64,000 nucleotides of DNA from the human T2T-CHM13v2.0 reference genome, Homo sapiens. The notes below the pieces were generated by a model that made no database searches, was not told the DNA's origin, and saw only the letters and a list, made by a program, of their open reading frames with translations. The position numbers were made by a program, and so were the translations under genes. Position 1 is the first letter of the stretch. Every line of letters begins with the position of its first letter. Of the stretch, positions 55,540 through 64,000 are shown piece by piece. Where the stretch lies: the NCBI RefSeq assembly GCF_009914755.1, contig NC_060931.1. One strand, given 5' to 3'.

Positions 55540-58079
55540 CGCTAGAATTTTCATATTTACTGTAAACTTACTTAAACCAGCAGTGCAGTTCATTTGATTA
55601 ACCTTTTAAATTTTAGGCTATCCTCAAGTGTAGTGCGTAAATAAAATAGTTTAATTCCATGTTTTGAATTAACACATAACATTCAGTATAAGTAATGTAT
55701 AATAATCAAATACCTATTGTAGATGTGGAAATTTTTTTTTGGCAACAAAACTGATAAAATAGTATTACTTTTTGTTTAACCAAGCTGTCGACAGGTATTT
55801 TTCATTAGTTTAGTAGCTTGCTCAAGGGACACACACACCCACCCACACACACACCATCACCTTCAGACAGAAGAATTTTCCTTATTTCATAGACAGAATC
55901 TTGTAGATGCAAGAGTTGGCGAAGTCAAGAAATTGGTGATATTAAGTTGTTCTTTCAGTCATAAAGCATTTTAATAAGATACTTCAGTGGAAATATCATT
56001 AGACATGAATTTTGTCTAATACATGCTGGTATTAGATAAAATGCCTTCTGCTCAAGTCGTGTTGGGAGGTGAAGAGAGAAATACAGGAAAAGTTAAATAT
56101 CCAGCAGTGTATGATTAATTGCCAAGTCCAAATAATCATCTGTGGGTCCTCTAGGAATTTAAAAGATAACTTTAGATAGATTGGTCAGAGAAGGTTTTGC
56201 GCATGGGTTAGAGGCTGAACTGGTCCTTGAAAGAAGGCTAGAATTTAGGTATTTTGGAAAGATCATTTTAGATAGGGATAATATGCATATATTCAGAACA
56301 GTGAGCACCTTACTGAATTTAACCACATTCTGAGGAGGCTGCGATGAATTCGGTTGAGATGTTCTTTGTGGACTCCTTAAAGAACAGAACCACTGTATTT
56401 GTCTCTGCATTCTGGTGCCTTGTACTCTCAGTGCTTCCAAACCCCCTTATCTCCTGGTCTTTACAATGTTCCCCTTAAATTCCAATGAGAAGGTATGTAA
56501 CACAGTTCCTGGCACTTAGTAATTACAAAGTAAATGCTGGTTGAATCTGAATTTGCAATTGTTATCTCTAAAAATTCTATTTTGAATGAACTATAGGCAA
56601 ATATTTTTTTATAAGTGTGACAATATTTACATATTACAGATAAACAATATAAAATCATCTTTAGTAACTGAACTGCTAATTGAAAATGCTGGGTCTTAGC
56701 CACTTAATTGAGTAAACTGTCTCCAGAGAGTAATTTGGGTCTTTTCCAAGATGCATTAACTCTTTCAGGTCGTTAGGGTGGCACTTATCTCATTGGAGCA
56801 GAAATGTAATAAATGGTATTCCTATAATGTAAGTAAATTAATGTACCTCAAAAAGCCTGAAGTTTCACCATGGGTGTTGTAGTTGTACTCCAAGGAGCTC
56901 ATCTGTGAATGTGAAACAGCAATAAGTAGCTGCTGTTTGGAGCATCTTACTTTCAATTTAGGTAACTTAAGACATTGTGCCTAGATGTTGACAGAGATAC
57001 AAAGAAAAGACCTGGCTGACAGGCGGCAGAGAAGGCAAATAACTGCTAAATGAAATTCTTGAGAGATACAAACTGCTGTATGGGTTTTAATTAGAGTGAG
57101 ATATCATAGTTGACAGTCGAGATAGATGGTAATCTCCCAGAAGACAGGCATCATGGCTTTTTTACACAATATGCTTATTCATGTTTATTCTCAGTATATA
57201 GACATGTATAAGTATAAATATTAATATGAACAAATATATTTGTAAATATGAGTTGAATAAATTGTAAACATATTTTACAATTTTCATATGTGTGCTTTTT
57301 TTCCTTGTGAGAATATGAAATATTAATGTCTGGCATTGATCTAAAGTGACTATAGTAAGTAGGTGGAAACCAGAAAAAACACACGGCATCTTTTAGAGAT
57401 ATATGCTACTCACAGGTTCCCTGTAACCTCAACTTGAGTGTCAGCCTACTGGTGGGGGATATTGACCGTTAGCTAGAAAAGAATATAAGAATGATTTATT
57501 CTACCCACCAGCATGTTACAGATTTACATCTGATGGGAAGATAGAGGCACATAGTTGTCATCGTAAGACCAAGGGGAAGTGACATAAAAAGACCAATGCA
57601 AAAAGAACTTTCAAAAGAAGAAGGTAGAGATAACAGCTCCATGAGAAGATAAAACTTCAAAGCTATAAGCCCCTCCCTCTGTTTCCTCATGCATGGGGTT
57701 GGCTTCATCTCCATGCATGTAACTCTGATTAGTAACATCTGAATGGAGGAAAAGTAGTTTGCTAAGATCCATTAAAGTCTACTTAGATTCACTTTCTTGA
57801 TCTCATACCCCAAGCTTTAAAAAAATTTTTTATATTTTTCCCTGGTACCTGATGTACAGCTAACATTCCCCATACTTGATAAATGGAAGAGTAGTTAATG
57901 GCAGGAAAAAAAATTAGATAAATTTAGACATGATGGAAAGCCTTTGGGAGTTATTTAAGAAACAGGAAATAAAACTTTAGTTTAATCAACTGGTAATGAT
58001 ATAAAAAGAACCAATAGGAACTCATCCTATAGAGGTTGATTGGGGCTGTGTTGTGAGAGGCGCTGAATAATAATAAGAT

Positions 58080-58720
58080 AGAGGTTTATTTATTTTGAAG
58101 GCATGGAGGAAGCCATTGAAGGACTTGTCAGAGGAATGAAAACATTGGGTTTAATCTGGTAGCAGGTTGTGGGATAGACTGTCATGAGATGCATGTGGCA
58201 GGATATGGCCGGTGGGAGACTGTTTTAATAACCTGCATGAAAGATAATGAGGACCTGATTTAGAAAGATGAGTATGGGAATGAAAATATTTAGAAGAGGG
58301 ACTGGACATGAAGTGTGTAGTATTAAATCTATAGGATTTGGCAGGTGATTTGGAGAACAAGACTGAGAAGAGCCACAACTAACTACACATTTTGATCCCA
58401 GGTGATCAGAAGAATGATGACATTAAGGAGCTCCCCCGCTTTGGTGCCCTTCCTCCCTTTGAGGAGAGGTGGTAATGGAGAGTTTACCTGGTCAGTCTGA
58501 GTTTGTTGGACCCATGTTTTAGCATTTCCTAAACATCTGCTGCATTGTTTTGACCTGCTTACTGTGATATGGATGTGAGAACCCAGACATTCTTACAAGC
58601 AATGGCAGTGTATCTTTGGAGCTTGAGAGAAAGTATGATGTAAGAGGGATAATTGGGAATCATTCAAAATGTAGAAATAATAAAAATGGAAGAGAGCAGG
58701 AGCAAGGGTTAGGATATTTT
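58080..58720 (-). mobile_element. L2 internal fragment
   Basis: GGGAGAAGCCATTGAAGGAC...GTAGTATTAAATCTATAGGATTTGGC...CTGAGTTTG. Confidence 0.65.
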
Positions 58721-58730
58721 ACTTCCTAAT

Positions 58731-58836
58731 TGCATTTTACAGCCTAACTACTAATACTTAAGTAATAGTCTTAAGTATTAGTGTTAGTTCTTACAGCCTA
58801 ACTACTAATACTCAAGTAGTTAGGTTGTAAAATACA
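58731..58836. repeat. Compound direct and inverted repeat
   Basis: 28-bp direct repeat (27/28), 13-bp perfect inversion, 22-bp outer inversion (20/22). Confidence 0.9.
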
Positions 58837-59239
58837 GTAATCAAACTCATTGAAGTGAAAGAAAACATTCCAAAAGTTTAGAGAATGAGTATTAGCAGAA
58901 GCCTGGATTTAGTAATTGAGATCTTTATTGTAGCGCAAAGGGGAAGAAGGAAGAAGGAGAAGAATGATAACTTTGAGGAGATGATGAAGATATACAGATA
59001 ATTTCATTTACCCATTCATTCACTCACTTACACTTATAAAGTGATTGCTGTGCTTCAGGCAGTGTTCTAAGTGGAATACTCATTTGACCCTGATGATAGT
59101 ACTAGCAAATAGATAATATTATTTCTGTTTTACAGATGAAGGAACTGAGGTTCTGAGGCACAGAGAGGTAATATCATAGATATATACTTACTGGAATATA
59201 TTAGAAAAGAAACAGATTTCTGAGCCTTATCCTGATAGA

Positions 59240-59550
59240 TAATAATAGTCTGTTATGTACTAAGCATTTTGTATGCGTTATTAAAAAAATTCTCATTTAA
59301 TTCTATGAAGTAGTTCTTTTTCTGTTTCCAACTTTTAAGTTCAAGGGTACATTTGCAGGATGTGCAGGTTTGTTACATAGGTAAACGTGTGCTTCTATGA
59401 AGTAGTTCTATTATTATCTTTTATTATTATTTTTGTTTCACAGATGAGGGAAGTGAGGCTTAGAAAGATTAAGTAACTTGACCAAGGTCACATAACTAGT
59501 AAGTAGTAGAGTTGATTTCAAGCACAGACTTTCTGCGTTTTTATATGACT
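59240..59550 (-). mobile_element. MIR interrupted by an L1PA stub
   Basis: CAGATGAGGGAAGTGAGGCTTAGAAAGATTAAGTAACTTGACCAAGGTCACATAACTAGTAAGT. Confidence 0.85.
59318..59392 (-). mobile_element. 75-bp 3' stub of an older L1PA
   Basis: TTTTAAGTTCAAGGGTACATTTGCAGGATGTGCAGGTTTGTTACATAGG; perfect 17-bp TSD TTCTATGAAGTAGTTCT (59301-59317 and 59393-59409). Confidence 0.92.
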
Positions 59551-59938
59551 CTCTCATTTTGTAGTTCTAAGGCAGGCACATGAATTTCTATTTTAAAGGA
59601 GTTCTCCAAGTGATTCCTATGTGCAGACCAGTCTTCCCAGAATCTTAGCACAAACTGAGAAGGAAGAGGTCTGTATTTTTTTGGAGGAGATAAAACATTG
59701 TGGACAGAGAGAACTCAGAGTTGGTGACCTTATAGATGGAGTATTTCCTAAGGACACAGAATCCTAAAGAATAGTAGAGTGGAGGTTATCGGAATCAAGG
59801 AGACTGAGAAAGACTCTGTGATGATAGAAGGAGTCAGTATATTATGATGAAACATACTAGTCTTAAAACAGAGTAAAATTGTGTTAGTTAATTAGTTAAT
59901 TACAGAATTAATTAACACAACCAGTAGCTGAAGTTTTT

Positions 59939-60271
<333 letters not shown>

Positions 60272-60519
60272 TGAAGTTTTTGTAATGGTGTAAGATAATT
60301 CTAGAGTTTGGTAGTCAAAGTTGAAAAGAAAAGGGGAGAAAGCAATGTAAATAGGTAGAATGAACTTTAAAATATGTTTAAATGAAATGGACAGAGAATA
60401 TATTGAAGCTATAGTTAGGAATATACTTTTGGATGTTGAGACCATTTTTGTGCCATCCCCTAGCATTGTCTCTTTTATTTGTCTTTGTTTTTTAAGAGTG
60501 AAAGTAGAAATAACAAACT

Positions 60520-62150
60520 ATCAGAATACCATGAGATCCAAAATACATGGAGGAAAAATTGACTGAAAGGAGTAGTGGAAAATTCAGTGATTATGGTTGG
60601 TGATTTTTTAAATAATGAATACCCTTTTTTGATAATTAATAGAACAACTAGAAGAAAATACAGAGAAGACTTGAGCAACACTATTAACCACCCTGATTTA
60701 AACTGACATGTATGGTACACTCAACACCATCAGAATTCAGATGATCTCAAGGTCATATAGAATATTCTCCATGTGAGTCTATATGCTAGATCATCAAGTA
60801 AGTCTCAATACATTTAAAAGAATTGAAATCACACAAAGTATATCCTCTGACCGCAACAGAATTAAACAAAAAAAGGGAAGAAATTTGGAGGTCCCCAAAT
60901 ATTTGGAAATAAGACAACAAACTTCTGAATATACCATGGGTAACAGAAGAAAGACCTAAATAATCATATGTTTTCATCCCAAGAGCTAGAAAAAGGAGAA
61001 AACTCGGCCGGGGGCAGTGGCTCACACCTGCAATCCCAGCACTTTGGGAGGCTGAGGTGGGTGGATCACCAGAGGTCAGGAGTTGAAGATCAGCCTGGCC
61101 ACCATGGTGAAACCCTGTCCCTACTAAAAATACAAAAAATTAGCTGGGCTTGGTGGTGGGCGTCTGTAATCCCAACTACTCAGGAGGTTGAGGCAGGAGA
61201 ATCACTTGAACCCAGGAAGTGGAGGTTGCAGTGAGCTGAGATCATGCCATTGTACTCCAGCCTGGGCAACAAGAGTGAAATTCTGTCTAAAAAAAAAAAA
61301 TGGAGAAAACTCAAAGCCAAAGCAAGCAGAGGTTAGGAAATAATAAAGGTAAAGTGATAATCAATGAAATAAAAATCAGGATAACTGTAGGAAAAAAAAG
61401 TGGAACCAAATAGAGGTCTTTTGAAAAGATCAAAAATTGATATATCTTTAAGTAGACCAACCAATTAAAAAAGAGAAGTCTAAAGAATACCAAAAGAGAG
61501 AAGTCTAAAGAATACCAAAATCAGGAAATGAAAGAGGAGATATAACTACAGGCTCTACAGAAATTAAAAGGATTCTGAGACTACTATGATATGCCAATCA
61601 GACGATGTAGATGAAACAGACCAATTTCTACAAAGACACAAAGTACCAAAACTGACTCAAGAAGAAACAGAAAATCTGAATTGTCCTATAACAAATAAAT
61701 TAGTAATTAAAAATTTTCCTGCACATACATAATTCACACAAATATTCTGTCAAACATTTAAAGATGAAATAATACCAGTCCTTTGCAAACTCTTTCAGAA
61801 AATAGAGAAACAGTTTCCAATGCATCCTACTAGGCCAGTATTACCCTGATAACAAAGCCAAAGTATTATAGAAAACTGTAGAGCAGCCTTACAAACATAA
61901 GTGTAATAATGTTGAACAAAATATTAGCAAATTGAATGTATCGACATATAAACTGTATTATACCATGATTCATTGGGATTTATTTTAAAAGTCAATGTAT
62001 TACCATAAAATAAAGAACCAAAGTCACATAATCATCTCAATAGATATAGAAAAGCACTTGACCTCCATTGATTATTTATCAAAAAAGGAAACATACTCAA
62101 CCTAATAAAAGGCACTTGTGAGAAACCCGCAACTAGCATCATCAAGGAAC
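60520..62150 (+). mobile_element. Old L1M ORF2 remnant (endonuclease to pre-RT region) with an Alu insertion
   Basis: GTTGGTGATTTT (VGDF-like), TCCTCTGACCGCAACAGAATTAAAC (SDH-like), GCCAGTATTACCCTGATAACAAAGCCA, ATCATCTCAATAGATATAGAAAAAGCA. Confidence 0.85.
61006..61300 (+). mobile_element. AluSq/Sp-like SINE inside L1
   Basis: GGCAACAAGAGTGAAA; TSD GGAGAAAACTC (60995-61005 and 61302-61312). Confidence 0.95.
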
Positions 62151-62419
62151 TTTTTGACCTAATGCAAATTTATTAATTTATAGATCATGGAAATACCATC
62201 AATCTTAACCTATTCACATTATGTATTTCAAGTTCACGGGCGTATATTCCAAACAAAATTTATTGTCGCCATGTGCTATGAAACCCATTTTTCATGCATT
62301 CTTAATTATTGTTTATAGAACCATAATTTTTAAAATCCCTCAAATGAGCAATCTTTTAGCCATTGCTTTTATTTCTCCTTTTTTTTTTTTTTGCAGAATG
62401 ACTGATTAAATTTTGTTCA

Positions 62420-63218
62420 TTTTATCTTCTCTGCATTGACTCTTAAATTTGTCCTAATTGTATAATCTTATTGCCACTGCTTTAGTTTAAAACCTTTTAA
62501 TTTTTTAAATTGAGCTGTCTTGGTCGGTTGTCTCTTCTTGCTCTCCTTCCTTTATAGGATTTTCCTGATCATTCATTTTTGCCCCTAATCCCATTTCCTT
62601 CCAGTCAATAATTTTGTATACTGTCAGATCAATTTACATACAGCATATTTATCACCATTTCATTTGCCTGTTTAAAACTCTTTTTCATTGCCTCATTTTG
62701 TATTTGGCTTCAGTTCGTAATTTGTCATTACAGATTCTTTTTTTTTTTTTTTTTTAAGATTCTTGGAAGTTTGTCAGTGTACTCCCTTTCCAGGCTTACC
62801 TCTTGTTGGTCATTTTAATGTCGCCTGAAATATTCGTTATTTACTGAAGATGCCCTAAATTTTCCCATCACTATGTATTTGCTTGTTCTGTTCTGTGCCT
62901 TCATTTTTTTTTGTTTGTTTGTTTGTTTTCACACATTCTAAGATTCAATTTATGTCCTTCTATAGTTCCATGATCTTGAAGGCTTTTTTTGTTGCCCTAG
63001 TTAGGAGCCATCTTGTCCTCCTATAAATGCTCTTAGCCATATTTTTGTCCTGATGTTTTACCACTTTCTCCTTTGTATTGTACTCATTCATGTGTGTCTC
63101 AATTAATAGATAAATACACTGAGGGAAGGACTTATTTTTGAGTCCTGGTTTTATATCTAGCACAATACTTTGCATATTTTCTGTGTTAAATAAATATATA
63201 ATTTAAAATGAATGAAAA
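62420..63218 (+). mobile_element. Degraded L2 3' region
   Basis: Pyrimidine-rich sense L2 pattern ending TCTAGCACAATAC...TAAATAAATAT...ATGAATGAAA. Confidence 0.6.
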
Positions 63219-63759
63219 CATTTGGAAGCTATTAAACTGGGCTTTCTTTGCTAAGAGCTATTCTCTTGAGAAAAAGAAAAAAAATCATGAGTAGTTTGAT
63301 CAGATGTTCGATACAGGACCAAAAATACATGTGTACTCTTGGAAGTTTTTGATTTGTTTTATTCTGAACAATAATTAACCATTCACAAGACCATAGCGTT
63401 AGTGGTTTTAATTGTGCAACTGCCATTGACAATGAGTATAATTGAGCAGGCATCTGCTTTATTTTCAAAATGAAGAATTTTTCCTTTCCTTTCCTTACTG
63501 CAGAATATTTTAGATTTTATACAATGGGGAAATTAGACTGCTCTATTGAAAAAAATAACTTTTTCTGTTATTTTTTCTGTTATTAACATTCTATTCATAG
63601 TAGCTCTATGAGGAAAACTCGATAAGTTTTTGTAATTTAAAATGGACATTCTAATTTAAAAATATCATTATATTATTTCAGTCTCTTGGCTGTAATGTTT
63701 TCAGGAATCAAGGTTATAATTTGGTGGGTATATTACCCTGATTTTGTCTCCTGCGCTTT

Positions 63760-64000
63760 TCAAATTCCTTTGAGACATCCTCCATCGGGTAAGACTATAC
63801 TTTCTGCTTGGGCTCTTCCCTTGCTCCATGAAAACCGGGAGGCGCCTTCTGGGAGAAAGCCAGAGGAATTCGCCTACTGTGCTCCGTTGTTTCTTCCAGG
63901 GATCATAGCTGTCAGTTTCTGCTGAATTTGATTCCCCTCTAGGGTCTTCAAATTCTTATTTTTTAGTATTTTTTTTGGCTTTTACAGTTATCAGCATAAG
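63760..64000 (-). mobile_element. Old L1M 5'UTR remnant
   Basis: TCTGCTTGGGCTCTTCCC...AAGCCAGAGGAATT...CAGGGATCATAG resembles an antisense L1M 5' end. Confidence 0.5.

Noticed and set aside
58731-58836. MADE1 mariner MITE as the source of the palindrome
   Set aside because: Only TTAGGTTG is shared, and the arms face the wrong way for MADE1 termini
62365-63520. Strong acceptors at 62396 and 63503
   Set aside because: Followed by early stops and no nearby donor; no exon can be defined

Overview
Eukaryotic, primate and most likely hominid genomic DNA (AluJ/AluS elements, an L1PA2-type insertion, LTR12, MER41, MER4, MER50). It is AT-rich and repeat-dense. I recognise no protein-coding exon, RNA gene or CRISPR array, and the listed ORFs look like repeat-derived or chance frames. 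T/G skew on the + strand and mostly antisense L1 fragments suggest the interior of a long intron of a + strand gene, which I cannot name. Much of the window is transposon fossils, many with readable target-site duplications (TSDs) and several nested. I see no convincing new biological system. The best leads are: a recursive-splice-site-like AG|GTAAGC next to a sense LTR12 solo LTR; a well-formed antisense non-coding exon candidate; a 3-nt microexon candidate; a repeat-free block with clustered TCF/LEF and FOX motifs; a CR1/L3 ORF2 fossil; and several fold-back or templated-insertion scars, the largest a 106-bp compound palindrome at 58731-58836. Repeat subfamily names come from recalled consensus sequences and need RepeatMasker/Dfam confirmation. 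Boundaries of old elements are approximate.
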